Shown piece by piece: positions 1-10,607 of a DNA stretch of 64,000 nt. Both the position numbers and the translations under genes were made by a program. Numbering within the stretch: the stretch's first letter is position 1; each line of letters opens with the position of its first letter. This DNA comes from an uncultured Chloroflexia bacterium (GTDB lineage Bacteria > Chloroflexota > Limnocylindria > Limnocylindrales > CSP1-4): positions 960,001-1,024,000 of the forward strand of contig CAWHXD010000008.1 in NCBI GenBank assembly GCA_963833225.1, written 5' to 3'. Under the pieces are notes generated by a model. The model had not been told where the DNA came from. It did not search any database and saw only the letters and a list, made by a program, of their open reading frames with translations.

Positions 1-556
1 CCGACGCCTCCAGGATCCGGTTTGCCTCGTCCTGGATCTGTCGCGTGACGTCGGTGTCGGCCGGGCCACCGTTGGGCGGGTTGTACTTGAAGCCGCCGTC
101 GTCGGGCGGGTTGTGCGACGGCGTGACCACGATCCCGTCCGCCAGGCCGCCGGACCGGCCACGATTGGCGACAAGGATCGCGTGCGACACGGCTGGGGTG
201 GGGGTGAACCCGTCCTCCGAGTCGACCCGCACGTCCACGCCGCTGGCTGCAAGGACCTCGAGCGCCGTCTGCCACGCGGGTTCGGACAGCGCATGCGTGT
301 CGCGACCGATGAACAGCGGACCCGTGTACCCCTGCCGGGCGCGGTACCGGCAGATCGCCTCGGTGGTGGCCAGGATGTGCGCCTCGTTGAACGCGGCCCG
401 GAAGGCCGATCCGCGGTGCCCGGACGTCCCGAATGCCACCCGCTGGGCGGCGACGGTCGGATCGGGCTGGATCTCGAAGTACGCGCGCAGGAGCGCGGGG
501 ATGTCCACGAGATCGGCGGGGAGCGCGGGCTGGCCGGCGCGCGGGTGCTGGCTCAT
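1..556 (-). CDS. pgm: Phosphoglucomutase (alpha-D-glucose-1,6-bisphosphate dependent), 5' part; runs off the window edge
   Basis: Not in the ORF track. Manual reverse translation from ATG at 556 gives [11 protein letters not shown]...FGTSGHRG...GRDTH...TPTP...[18 protein letters not shown], the PGM signature motifs including the phosphoserine loop TPSHNP. Confidence 0.95.
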   Translation of the reverse strand, partial: MSQHPRAGQPALPADLVDIPALLRAYFEIQPDPTVAAQRVAFGTSGHRGSAFRAAFNEAHILATTEAICRYRARQGYTGPLFIGRDTHALSEPAWQTALEVLAASGVDVRVDSEDGFTPTPAVSHAILVANRGRSGGLADGIVVTPSHNPPDDGGFKYNPPNGGPADTDVTRQIQDEANRILEAS

Positions 557-625
557 CGGGAACCTCGAGATGTGGCGGTGCGGGGGTCAAACCCACGATA
601 CCCGCCCGCGCGACAGGCACGACCT

Positions 626-679
626 GGCATTCCCGCGCCGGGACAGGGCATTCCCGCGACCGCCCGATTCGGTTACCAT
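626..679 (+). promoter_or_regulatory. Direct repeat GGCATTCCCGCG x2 (21-bp period) followed by a -10-like TACCAT
   Basis: Copies at 626-637 and 647-658; TACCAT at 674-679; lies in the divergent pgm / ABC-ATPase intergenic region. Confidence 0.45.
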
Positions 680-783
680 GCCCGTAGCCCGAGCCAGCAC
701 CTCGTACGGGGCTCGTCCGAGTCCGTCAACCCTGACGGCCGGATACAGGAGCCCGCGATGACCTGGACGGGATGGAGGTCAGC

Positions 784-1890
<1,107 letters not shown>

Positions 1891-1966
1891 CCGAATCGTT
1901 CCAACCCAGCATGTCGGCCGGCTCGACCCCTCGGGTGAGCCGGCCGTTCCGCGTCCCCGAGCCGGC

Positions 1967-2641
1967 ATGAGCCGGACCGAGTCAGCGCCGTCGGACCCGC
2001 CGGGCGATGGCCAGGCCCCGCTGGCCCATGGAGACGCCCCGCCGGCCTATGGCGACGACCCGCTCGAGGAGCACGTCGTGGGGCGGCAGCTGATCCACCA
2101 GGGGCGGTATCTCGAGTTTCGCGTGGACACGATCCGTCGCGCCGACGGGTCGGGCGGCACCCGTGACGTCGTGGGTCACCCAGGGGCGGTCGCCGTCCTC
2201 GCGGTCGACGACGACGGGCGCGTCCTTCTCGTCCGCCAGTGGCGGATCCCGGCCGAACGGGCCATGCTCGAGATCCCGGCCGGGACGCTCGACCTGCACG
2301 ACGGTGTGATCGAGGACCCAGACCTCGCGGCACGGCGCGAGCTGGAGGAGGAGACCGGGCATCGAGCCGCCAGCTGGCGCAAGCTCACCGAGTTCTGGAC
2401 CGCCCCGGGGTTCGCGTCGGAGCTGATGCACCTGTACCTCGCCACGGGCATCGTCGGAGCCACCGGGGACGACCGGCTCGTGCCCGACGAGGACGAGCGG
2501 CTGGAGCTCAGGCATGTCTCCATCGACGAGGCGGTCGCCATGGTCGAGCGTGGTGAGATCGCCGACGCGAAGTCAATCCTGGGCGTTCTCTGGCTGGACC
2601 GGCTGGTCCGGGCGGGCGAGATCCCGGTGCCGCCCCGATGA
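1967..2641 (+). CDS. NUDIX hydrolase, ADP-ribose pyrophosphatase-like
   Basis: HPGAVAV, LVRQWR, EIPAG...AARRELEEETG Nudix box, DEDE, IADAKS. Confidence 0.9.
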   Translation: MSRTESAPSDPPGDGQAPLAHGDAPPAYGDDPLEEHVVGRQLIHQGRYLEFRVDTIRRADGSGGTRDVVGHPGAVAVLAVDDDGRVLLVRQWRIPAERAMLEIPAGTLDLHDGVIEDPDLAARRELEEETGHRAASWRKLTEFWTAPGFASELMHLYLATGIVGATGDDRLVPDEDERLELRHVSIDEAVAMVERGEIADAKSILGVLWLDRLVRAGEIPVPPR

Positions 2642-3582
2642 CGACATCGACGCCCGCTCAGGCCGCCACCCGGCAGGCGATCGAGCTGCCAGCGGGCACG
2701 CGCCTGCTCCGGGCTGCTGATGAGGCGGCGATCCGCGCGGCAGCCCGTGCGGCGCACGCACGCGGCGAGCTCGAGGGCGTGAGCCACCACCTGCTCGAGG
2801 AATCGCTGGATCGCCTGATCGACGAACCGCGGCTGGTGGCGGTGGTCGAGGACCAGGGACGCGTCGCCGGCTGGGTGGCTCCCCTGCAGGACGAGCTCAC
2901 GGTGGACCTGCCGTTCCGCCGGCGTGGCCACGGCCGGCAGTTGGTCGAGGCGGGGCGGGTCCTCGCCGGACAGCTTGGGCTCCCGAGCCTGCGACTCTGG
3001 GTCCCGCGATGGCCGGGGCCCGAAGCGTTCGCCCGTGCCTGCGGCCTCCGGGAGCGCCCCCCCATCTGGCAGCTGGTCCAGGAGCGTGACACGCCGTGGA
3101 CGCCACCCGCCTTCCCGGACGATGTCATCACTCGCCGCATCCGGCCCGAAGCTGATGAGCCCGCGTTCGTGGCGCTCGTGAACGAGATCTTCCTCGACCA
3201 CCCCTGGCCATTGGTCCTCGATGCGGGAGACGTCCACCAGGTCAACGCGCAACCCGGCTTCGACCCATCGATGATCCTGCTCGTGGCGCTCGCCGGTGAT
3301 CCGAACCTCCTGGTCGGGTTCTGCCGGGTGGGGCGCTTCACGGATGACGACGGGGTCAGCGCCGGCGAGGTCAAGCTCCTTGGCGTCCGGCGCGAGGGGC
3401 GAGGTCGTGGTCTCGGCCGGGAGCTGACGCGCTGGGGCGTGGACGATCTGCGGCGGCGCGGGGTGGACCGCATCTACATCGTCGTGGAGGACCTGAACGC
3501 CGGCGCCCTCGCGATGTATGAGGACGAGGGGTTCCGCCGCCACGTCGAGTGGCCCCACTGGACGGTGCCGCTCCCGGGCTGA
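2638..3582 (+). CDS. Tandem GNAT acetyltransferase (MshD-like architecture)
   Basis: Two acetyl-CoA binding motifs (FRRRGHGRQL; GRGRGLGREL), N..A..MY...GF; ATGA overlap with the NUDIX gene. Confidence 0.8.
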   Translation: MTTSTPAQAATRQAIELPAGTRLLRAADEAAIRAAARAAHARGELEGVSHHLLEESLDRLIDEPRLVAVVEDQGRVAGWVAPLQDELTVDLPFRRRGHGRQLVEAGRVLAGQLGLPSLRLWVPRWPGPEAFARACGLRERPPIWQLVQERDTPWTPPAFPDDVITRRIRPEADEPAFVALVNEIFLDHPWPLVLDAGDVHQVNAQPGFDPSMILLVALAGDPNLLVGFCRVGRFTDDDGVSAGEVKLLGVRREGRGRGLGRELTRWGVDDLRRRGVDRIYIVVEDLNAGALAMYEDEGFRRHVEWPHWTVPLPG

Positions 3583-3599
3583 ACCCGCCGCGCCTGCAT

Positions 3600-4034
3600 T
3601 CAGTTGCCGGACGAGGACCCCGCGCCGGGAAGGCGCGCCAGCGCGCTCCGGTAGAGGTCCGAACCGGGGGCAAGCGCAACCGCGAGCCGCAGGTGCGTCC
3701 GGGCTTCATCGTTCCGGCCAAGCCGCTTGAGGCACTGCCCGAGCGCGAAGTGCCCGTATGGCGATGACGGATCGACATCCAGCAGCGCCTCGAACGTCTC
3801 GCGCGCCGAGTCGTGCTGCGCGGAGTTGAAGTACGCGCGCCCGAGCGCCTCGAGGATGGATCCTTTGCCCGGCTCCAGGCGCGCGGCCCGCGCCAGGACC
3901 ACGGCCGCCTGCGCGTGATGGTGGCGGGCCAGCAGGCCTGAGCCGCGCTGGAGCAGCTCGTAGGCAGTCTCCGGGCTGCCGGCGGTGGGATCGGGTCGTC
4001 CCGGATCGGAGGGCGGGCTGTCGTCGGGCTCCAT
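3600..4034 (-). CDS. Tetratricopeptide repeat protein
   Basis: TPR-like helices (ILEALGRAYFNS, YGHFALGQCLKRLGR). Confidence 0.8.
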   Translation of the reverse strand: MEPDDSPPSDPGRPDPTAGSPETAYELLQRGSGLLARHHHAQAAVVLARAARLEPGKGSILEALGRAYFNSAQHDSARETFEALLDVDPSSPYGHFALGQCLKRLGRNDEARTHLRLAVALAPGSDLYRSALARLPGAGSSSGN

Positions 4035-4128
4035 GCCTCGATGCTGCCACGGATGCCCCGACCACGCCGGTACGATGGCCGGACGTCCGGCGCGACCCGG
4101 ACCGCCGACCATCTCCACCGGAGCCCGC

Positions 4129-5307
4129 GTGTCAATCCTCCGCCTGTCCGTCGCGCTCCTGTTCGTCCAGGCTGGCTTCCACGCCTATACGGCGACGATG
4201 CCGCTCGCGCTGGCGCGTGCCGGGACGCCCGACGCCACGGTCGGGCTGATCATGGGCGTGGCCGCGATCGTCCAGATCCCGGTGGCCATCGGGGGTGGGC
4301 GCCTGCTCGACCGGTTCGGCGGCGCCCGCCTGTTCACGGCCGGTGGCATCGCCTACCTCCTCGCAACCGGCGTCATCCTCCTGCCGGGTGTCGACATCTC
4401 GGCGTCGCTGGCCCCGTTCGTCCTGGTCCGCGTGCTCCAGGGGGCGGGGATCGCGCTCGCCTCGCCCGCGGCCCTGTCGATGGTGCCACGGCTGGTGCCG
4501 GGGGCACGCGTGGCCGCCTCGCTGTCCTATGTCGCCGCCGCCCAGAACCTCACGCTCGTCCTCGCCCCGCCGCTCTCGCTCGCGATCCTCGATGCTGCGG
4601 CGCTCGACGGCGTCGCCGCGGCGGTCGTGGGGGTCCTCATCGCCGGCATCGTCCTGGGGCAGCGCCTGCCCCTCCGCACGCCCGAGCCGTCGGCGACCGA
4701 GCTCGCCGCGGCCGGCCGCCGCTACGGGATCACGTTCCGTCGCGAATGGGCGATCCCGCTGCTGATCATCGTCACCTACGTGGCCCACTGGGGCGCCGTG
4801 ACGGCCTACCTGCCGATCCGGGCGGAGCAGGCGGGCGCGGACATCGGGCTGTACTTCGCCGCGGACGGCATCGCGATCTTCGCGATGCGGTTCCCCACGG
4901 GCTGGCTGGTGGACCGGGTCTCGTCGCGGGTCCTCATCCTGGCCGGCGCCGGGATGACGTTGGCCGCGCTCGGGCTGCTGCTGCTGCCCCTCTCCACGCC
5001 ACTCCTGGTGGTCGCGGGGCTGCTGGGTGGCGGGGGCGGGGGAATCGTCATGACGCCGGTCACCGTCGAGCTGTCGCGACGCTCCGCGGATGGGGACCGG
5101 GGCTCAGCCTTCTCCCTGTTCTCCGGCGGGATCGCGACCGCGATGACGCTGGGCAGCGTTGGCGGGGCGCCGATCGTGGCCGTGTTCGGGCTATCGGCCG
5201 CGCTCGTCGCCGGCATGGGATTGATCGCGGTCTCGATGGCACTGGCGGTCTCGGACCCCTCCCTCGCGGGCACCGGTCGTGGTCCTCGCGTCGCAGCCGC
5301 GGCTTGA
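4129..5307 (+). CDS. MFS transporter
   Basis: About 12 hydrophobic segments, motif A-like GRLLDRFG and GWLVDRVSSR; GTG start inferred. Confidence 0.88.
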   Translation: MSILRLSVALLFVQAGFHAYTATMPLALARAGTPDATVGLIMGVAAIVQIPVAIGGGRLLDRFGGARLFTAGGIAYLLATGVILLPGVDISASLAPFVLVRVLQGAGIALASPAALSMVPRLVPGARVAASLSYVAAAQNLTLVLAPPLSLAILDAAALDGVAAAVVGVLIAGIVLGQRLPLRTPEPSATELAAAGRRYGITFRREWAIPLLIIVTYVAHWGAVTAYLPIRAEQAGADIGLYFAADGIAIFAMRFPTGWLVDRVSSRVLILAGAGMTLAALGLLLLPLSTPLLVVAGLLGGGGGGIVMTPVTVELSRRSADGDRGSAFSLFSGGIATAMTLGSVGGAPIVAVFGLSAALVAGMGLIAVSMALAVSDPSLAGTGRGPRVAAAA

Positions 5308-5318
5308 CGGAACGACGG

Positions 5319-6341
5319 TCAGGCGTCCCGCCAGCCCGCGAGATCGATGGGCTTGAGCCGCGGGCTCTCGGTCCGCCCGGGAATCCGGCCCCGCTTGGCG
5401 ATCGGCGTGCCGTCGATCTCCTTGATGTCCCCCGTGAAGTCGATCGGGCTCGCGCCGGAGATATGCGTGCCCACGGCGAACGAGTCGACGGGCGCCCCCT
5501 GCTCCTTGAAGTGGCGGATGCGCTCGGGGTTCAGGCCGCCGGAGACAGTGATCGTGACGTGCTGGAACCCGGCCTGGTCAAGGCGCGCCCGGACCTCGGT
5601 GACCAGCGCCGCGGTCACGCGCCCGCGCTCCGACGGCGTGTCAAGGCGGATCCCGTACAGCCTGTCGCCCAGGGCGCGGGCAACCCGGAGGGCCTCCTCG
5701 GCCTCGTCCTTGAACGTGTCCACGAGGACGATCCGGGGCACGTCGGGGGGCATGTCGCGGTCGAACGCCTCGGCCGCCCGGACCGTGTCACCGAAGATCA
5801 GCACCAGCGAGTGCGGCATGGTCCCGGTGGGGTTGAGCCCGGCGAGCCTTGCGCCCGCGGGCGTCGATGCCCCGACGCAGCCGCCCACGATCGCCGCGTA
5901 GTCGAGCACATCGGTGATGTCCGGGTGCACGTGCCGCGCCCCGAACGAGATGACCGGCTGCGGTGCGGCGGCCTCCACGCACTGGCGCGCCGCGGTCGCC
6001 CAGCCCGTCGACTGGGCGAGCATGCCCAGCATGGCCGTCTCGTACAGGGCGAAGGCGCGATAGCGAGCACGAATCCGGAGGACGACCTCCTTGGGCGTGA
6101 TGAGGTCACCGTCCGCGAGCGCCTCCACGACCGCCCCGGGCTCGTCGGCCAGGACGTGGCCGATGAGGTTGGTCGCCTCGCCCATGCCGCACAGCACGGC
6201 GTCCTCGCGGCCGAAGACCTCCATCGTGACCACGGGATCGATGCCCTCGCGGTCGAGGATGCTGCTGGCCCGGGCGAAGTAGACGTCGGCGGTCGCGCCG
6301 GACAGGATCTCGTGCGACGGGCGGGTGCGGGCCAGGCCCAT
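5319..6341 (-). CDS. pncB: Nicotinate phosphoribosyltransferase (Thermoplasma-type)
   Basis: TADVYF, SFGARH, GTMPH (phospho-His), LVDTF, IRLDT, VSGG, KRG. Confidence 0.9.
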   Translation of the reverse strand: MGLARTRPSHEILSGATADVYFARASSILDREGIDPVVTMEVFGREDAVLCGMGEATNLIGHVLADEPGAVVEALADGDLITPKEVVLRIRARYRAFALYETAMLGMLAQSTGWATAARQCVEAAAPQPVISFGARHVHPDITDVLDYAAIVGGCVGASTPAGARLAGLNPTGTMPHSLVLIFGDTVRAAEAFDRDMPPDVPRIVLVDTFKDEAEEALRVARALGDRLYGIRLDTPSERGRVTAALVTEVRARLDQAGFQHVTITVSGGLNPERIRHFKEQGAPVDSFAVGTHISGASPIDFTGDIKEIDGTPIAKRGRIPGRTESPRLKPIDLAGWRDA

Positions 6342-6375
6342 CAGGCGACCCCCGCGGTCGAGGCGACGTTGAAGC

Positions 6376-8556
6376 TCACGTTCCGTCCGCTCCCTCGTCC
6401 CCCGGCGCCGGCCCGCCGGCAGGCTCAGCCGGGGGTCCGTCAGCCGGGAGTGTAGCGTACGGCCCGCCGGGCTCCGGGGCACGAGCGGCGGGGTGACCGA
6501 TGGCCGGTGCCGGCCGCCGGCGGCTCCGCCGGACCAGGGCAACCGCGACGAGCAGCAGGACCAGGACCACCAGGGCCGCCAGGAGGGCCGCGACGATCGC
6601 CTTCGAGCGTCCGGCGTCCGGGGCGGCGGCGATGAGCGCGACCACGCCGGCGGCGGCCGTCCGGGCGGCATCCAGGTCGCCGGCCTCCCAAGCGGCACCC
6701 GCAGTCACCACGCCGGCCGCCGGATCGGTGCCATCGAGACCCCAGCTCGTGAGCCAGTCGCGAGGCGCGTCGACAGCATCACCCGCGGAGGCGATGGCCT
6801 CGAGAGCATCTAGGGTCCTGGCGGCCTCATCGACGACCGCGTTGACCTCCGCCTCGCTGCCGGCGTCCTGGTAGTCGGCCTCGAGGACCGGCCCCGGGAC
6901 GAGCCCCTCGTCGGCGGCAAGCGCGGCGATCGTGTCCCGCGTCGCGAGCACCCGCTCGGCCCCGTCGATGATGTCAACCGCGTCGCCGAAGTCCCACTCG
7001 TCCAGGGCGCTCCGCACCGCCGCGGGCGGAGCCCAGCTCGAGCCCTCCTCCACGAGGACCGAGTAGCGAGCGAGCGCCGCCTTCCGCGCCGGCAGCAGCG
7101 CCGCGTCGCCGGCGCCCAGCGCCCATTGCTCCATGAGGTCGGCGATCGACCGCCCGGAGGTGGCCCCGGTTGGCGGCGGCGCGGCCTGCTCAGCGAGGTC
7201 GAGGAACCGGCGCCAGTCGTTGGGCAGCCGGGAGGGCTCCGGGGCACCCTCGCCCGGGTACGCCGTCGTCCCGGCGGCCGCGGCGGCGAACACCTCGCGC
7301 ATCCCCGGCTCGCCCACCCGCGCCACGATGCGGCGCACCAGCGTCCACGACGCCGCGTACCCATATGTCTCCCGGTCGCCGGCTTCCTGGTCCCGGATCG
7401 CCGCCGGCGGCGGCCAGTCGTTGAGGGCGAATGCCGCCGCGTCCGTCCGGGCCACCTTGGCCGGCCCGGGATGGCCACGATCGTCCGCCTGGAGCGCCAG
7501 GGAGGCGTACTCGTCGGCCAGGCCTTCGGTGATCCAGCGCTCGGTGAACAGCGAGCCGTTGAACCAGGCGTGCGACGCCTCGTGGATGATCGTGAGGTCG
7601 TCCAGGTCCTCGCTGATGGTGATCTGGTCCGTCTCCGGGTCGTAGAAGCCCGCATACCCCTCGAGCAGCGGCGTGTGCACCTCGGTGACGACGAGCGACC
7701 CCTCGACGGGCCAGGGCAATCCAATCTGGGTCACGAGCTCGGGCAGGCCGTCGCGAAGGAGGCTGCTGACGCGGCGACGCCACTTGGTGTCCTCGGGCCA
7801 GGCCCGGATCACGACGTTCTCGCCGTCCTCGATCGCGAGGCGGTCTGAGGTCAGGGCCGCGTCGTTGGTGGCATTGACCTGGACGTACCAGGTGAGCGGG
7901 TCGATCGTCGTCGCAGACCAGACCTGGAGGCCATCGGTGCCGTGCTCCGTGTCCAGCTCGCTGCCCGCGGTCTCCACGCGGAAGTCGCTGGGGACCTCGA
8001 TCCGTACCTGGCCTAAATCGCCGAACGCCCAGGCGATGAAGGTCGCGAACGCCGGTCCCACGCGCACGTCGCTCTGGGAGCGAGGACGGCCGGCGGGCAG
8101 CTCGAACGACAGCCGCAGCCGCTCGGTCTCGCCAAAGTAGAGCTTCTCGCCGAACAGGACGGTGACCAGCCGATAGCCCTCTCGATCCGCGGCGCGGACG
8201 CGGAGCTCCGATCCGGCGCTGGTGGCGCTGAACCGACGCGCCTCGGGCTGCACGCCAAGGTTGAGGCCGTCGTAGAAGTAGCGGGTCACCCCGCCGGCGG
8301 TGGTCTGGTTGGGCTTGCGATTGACGGCGGTGAGGTTCACGACGACCTTCACCTTGCGCGCCTCGGGATCCACGATGTACCGGGTGTCAGCCGTGATCTC
8401 GAGGTCATCCGCGGCGCGAGCCACGGCAGGGCCGAGGAACCCGGGCAGTGGCAGACCCGGCGCGGCCGCGGGCAGGAGCGCGCCGGCCAGGCCGACGAGC
8501 AGGGCGAGCAGCGTGGCCGCGGTGGCGCGGCGCCCGGTCCGACGCACGGCCGTCAC
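6376..8556 (-). CDS. Secreted, C-terminally membrane-anchored gluzincin (M1/MA-clan) metallopeptidase-like protein
   Basis: N-terminal signal peptide, HEASHAWF...WITEGLA (HEXXH plus downstream E), C-terminal TM helix followed by an Arg cluster. Confidence 0.75.
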   Translation of the reverse strand: MTAVRRTGRRATAATLLALLVGLAGALLPAAAPGLPLPGFLGPAVARAADDLEITADTRYIVDPEARKVKVVVNLTAVNRKPNQTTAGGVTRYFYDGLNLGVQPEARRFSATSAGSELRVRAADREGYRLVTVLFGEKLYFGETERLRLSFELPAGRPRSQSDVRVGPAFATFIAWAFGDLGQVRIEVPSDFRVETAGSELDTEHGTDGLQVWSATTIDPLTWYVQVNATNDAALTSDRLAIEDGENVVIRAWPEDTKWRRRVSSLLRDGLPELVTQIGLPWPVEGSLVVTEVHTPLLEGYAGFYDPETDQITISEDLDDLTIIHEASHAWFNGSLFTERWITEGLADEYASLALQADDRGHPGPAKVARTDAAAFALNDWPPPAAIRDQEAGDRETYGYAASWTLVRRIVARVGEPGMREVFAAAAAGTTAYPGEGAPEPSRLPNDWRRFLDLAEQAAPPPTGATSGRSIADLMEQWALGAGDAALLPARKAALARYSVLVEEGSSWAPPAAVRSALDEWDFGDAVDIIDGAERVLATRDTIAALAADEGLVPGPVLEADYQDAGSEAEVNAVVDEAARTLDALEAIASAGDAVDAPRDWLTSWGLDGTDPAAGVVTAGAAWEAGDLDAARTAAAGVVALIAAAPDAGRSKAIVAALLAALVVLVLLLVAVALVRRSRRRPAPAIGHPAARAPEPGGPYATLPADGPPAEPAGGPAPGDEGADGT

Positions 8557-10607
8557 CGGGCCGGGCCGGCGTCGGGCGACAACGGCTTAGCCGGACGCCG
8601 GGCCGGCGGCCGGCGGCCGCGCCGCCGGTTCGAGACCACCGCGGAGCTCAGGACCAGCACGGTGGCCAGCGCGGCGAGGGCGAGGAGCGCCCGTCGGCGA
8701 CCCTCCTCCCAGGCCACCGTCCACGAGCGGTGGGCACGATCAGCCGCGGCGAGCGCGACGTCCAGGTCGCCAGCCTCCAGCGCCTCGCGCGCTCGAGCCA
8801 CGTCCTGGTCGGGATCCTCGCCCAGCATCCCGATCCGGCTCAGGAGGTCATCGTCGGGTGAGCGGGCCTCCTCCGCTCGGCGGAGGGCGAGGATCGCGGT
8901 GCGCTCGGATTCGGCCCGGGCGCTGGCCTCGGTCATCAGGCCGCTCTCGAACAGCCCCTGCATGACCGGGGGCAACCGCAGCCCCTCGCTGGCCGCGAGC
9001 TCGTCTCCGGCGTTCCGCTGGGCCAGCACCGTCCGGACATCCGCCATGAGCGTCTCGGCGGTGGTGAAGTCCCAGGCCCGGAGCGCATCGCGGATCGCCC
9101 GTGGCAGGCGCCAGTCACCGGCGACGGCAAGGGTCCGCTCGTACGAGACGCGTGCCGCTGCCCGCGCATCAAGCTGTGGGGCCTCCGCCGGCGTGACGAC
9201 CAGCTCACGCCACAGTGGCGCGAGGTCAAGGCCGGACCGCTCCTCGAACAGGTCCAGGAGGTTGCGCCAGTCCGCGGCCCCGGCCACCGTCTCTGGAGAC
9301 GACGACGTCGCGGCGGCCCCGGGTGGCGGCTGGTAGGCCCCCACCCGGGCTGACGCGTCCGCCCAGACGGCCGTCAGCACGTCTGCGCCGACCAGGCTCG
9401 CCAGCTGGGTCGCGAGCTGGTAGGACGCGGCACGGGCATAGGCGTCGGCCGGGGTCCGTGCTCCGGTGCCCCCGGTCCAGGTGTCGAGCGCCAGGGCGGC
9501 CGCCTCGGCCTCCGGGGTCATCACCGGCGGATCGGCGGGCTCACCAATCTGCCGGGAGGCCCGCAGCGCGTAGTAGGTGGCAAAGCCCTCGTTGGCCCAG
9601 CGATCGGCCAGGAGCGCGCCGTTGAACCACACGTGCGCCATCTGGTGGACGGCGACGCCGTGATCGGCCCAGTAGGCGACCTCGATCCGTCGATCCGTCG
9701 GATCGAACATGGCGGCATAGGTGTCCGCATCCCGGCTCACGGACTCGGCGACCGTGACCGGCTCGCCGGCGGGCCACGGCAACCCGATCTCCGCGCGCAG
9801 GGCCGGCAGGGCCTTCCGGAGCAGGGCCTCCATCCGCTTCGACCACGCCCGGTCGTCCGCCCACCCCTGGAGATCCAGGTCCGCCTGCCGGTCCCCAACC
9901 GGGATCGTGATCGACTGGCCGCTGAACACGGCCGGCCGCTCGGCCGTGACGTAGGCGAAGTACGTCAGCGGACTGGCGATCGGCCCGCTCTCGAGCACCA
10001 CGCCGCCCGTCCCCGCGATCTCCCGTCGCGCAAGGTCACCCGACTCCACCGCGACGTCCCAGCCGCCGGGGAACTTGACGGTGACGGTGCTGCCCTCGGC
10101 GCCCGTGGACGCGAACGCCCAGACCGGCAGCGTCACGAGGCTGGCGCCCACCCGGACCTGCGGGCTTGCCGTCTTCCCGGTCCCGGGCAGGTCGAAGGAC
10201 AGCCGGAGCGACACGCTCTTGCCGCTGTAGAGGCGCGCCCCGAAGTCCAGCCGCAGAAGCGTCGACTTGCCGGTCCGCGTTGAGACCCGGGCGTGGGCGC
10301 CGGGGGCGCCGGTCAGCCGGGGATTGACCGCGCCCGGCTGCACCGCCAGGAACGCATGGTCGAAGTAGAACCTGCGGGTGCGGGTCTCCGTCGTGCGGTT
10401 GCGTGCCTCGATCGCGACCGCCACGCCAACGCGGCCATCGTCGGGCCGGATGGTGTAGACGGCGTTGGTGACCATCGTCAGGTCGCCGGACGCGGCCCGT
10501 ACCACGCCGCGGCCGCCCAGGCCCGACGGCAGGGACGGGGCAACGATCACGAGCAGCAGGAGCGCCAGCATCGTGGCGGCCGGCACCTGCCGCCGTCGGC
10601 TCGTCAC
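8553..10607 (-). CDS. Paralog of the adjacent gluzincin with a degenerate active site (HQMAH)
   Basis: Collinear similarity to the 6376-8556 product (YFYD/FYFD, VRVG, IGLPWP, WFNG.L...RW..EG.A, DWR..LDL, W..P.A.R.AL..WDF); GTG at 10607 overlaps the upstream stop. Confidence 0.75.
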   Translation of the reverse strand: MTSRRRQVPAATMLALLLLVIVAPSLPSGLGGRGVVRAASGDLTMVTNAVYTIRPDDGRVGVAVAIEARNRTTETRTRRFYFDHAFLAVQPGAVNPRLTGAPGAHARVSTRTGKSTLLRLDFGARLYSGKSVSLRLSFDLPGTGKTASPQVRVGASLVTLPVWAFASTGAEGSTVTVKFPGGWDVAVESGDLARREIAGTGGVVLESGPIASPLTYFAYVTAERPAVFSGQSITIPVGDRQADLDLQGWADDRAWSKRMEALLRKALPALRAEIGLPWPAGEPVTVAESVSRDADTYAAMFDPTDRRIEVAYWADHGVAVHQMAHVWFNGALLADRWANEGFATYYALRASRQIGEPADPPVMTPEAEAAALALDTWTGGTGARTPADAYARAASYQLATQLASLVGADVLTAVWADASARVGAYQPPPGAAATSSSPETVAGAADWRNLLDLFEERSGLDLAPLWRELVVTPAEAPQLDARAAARVSYERTLAVAGDWRLPRAIRDALRAWDFTTAETLMADVRTVLAQRNAGDELAASEGLRLPPVMQGLFESGLMTEASARAESERTAILALRRAEEARSPDDDLLSRIGMLGEDPDQDVARAREALEAGDLDVALAAADRAHRSWTVAWEEGRRRALLALAALATVLVLSSAVVSNRRRGRRPPARRPAKPLSPDAGPAR

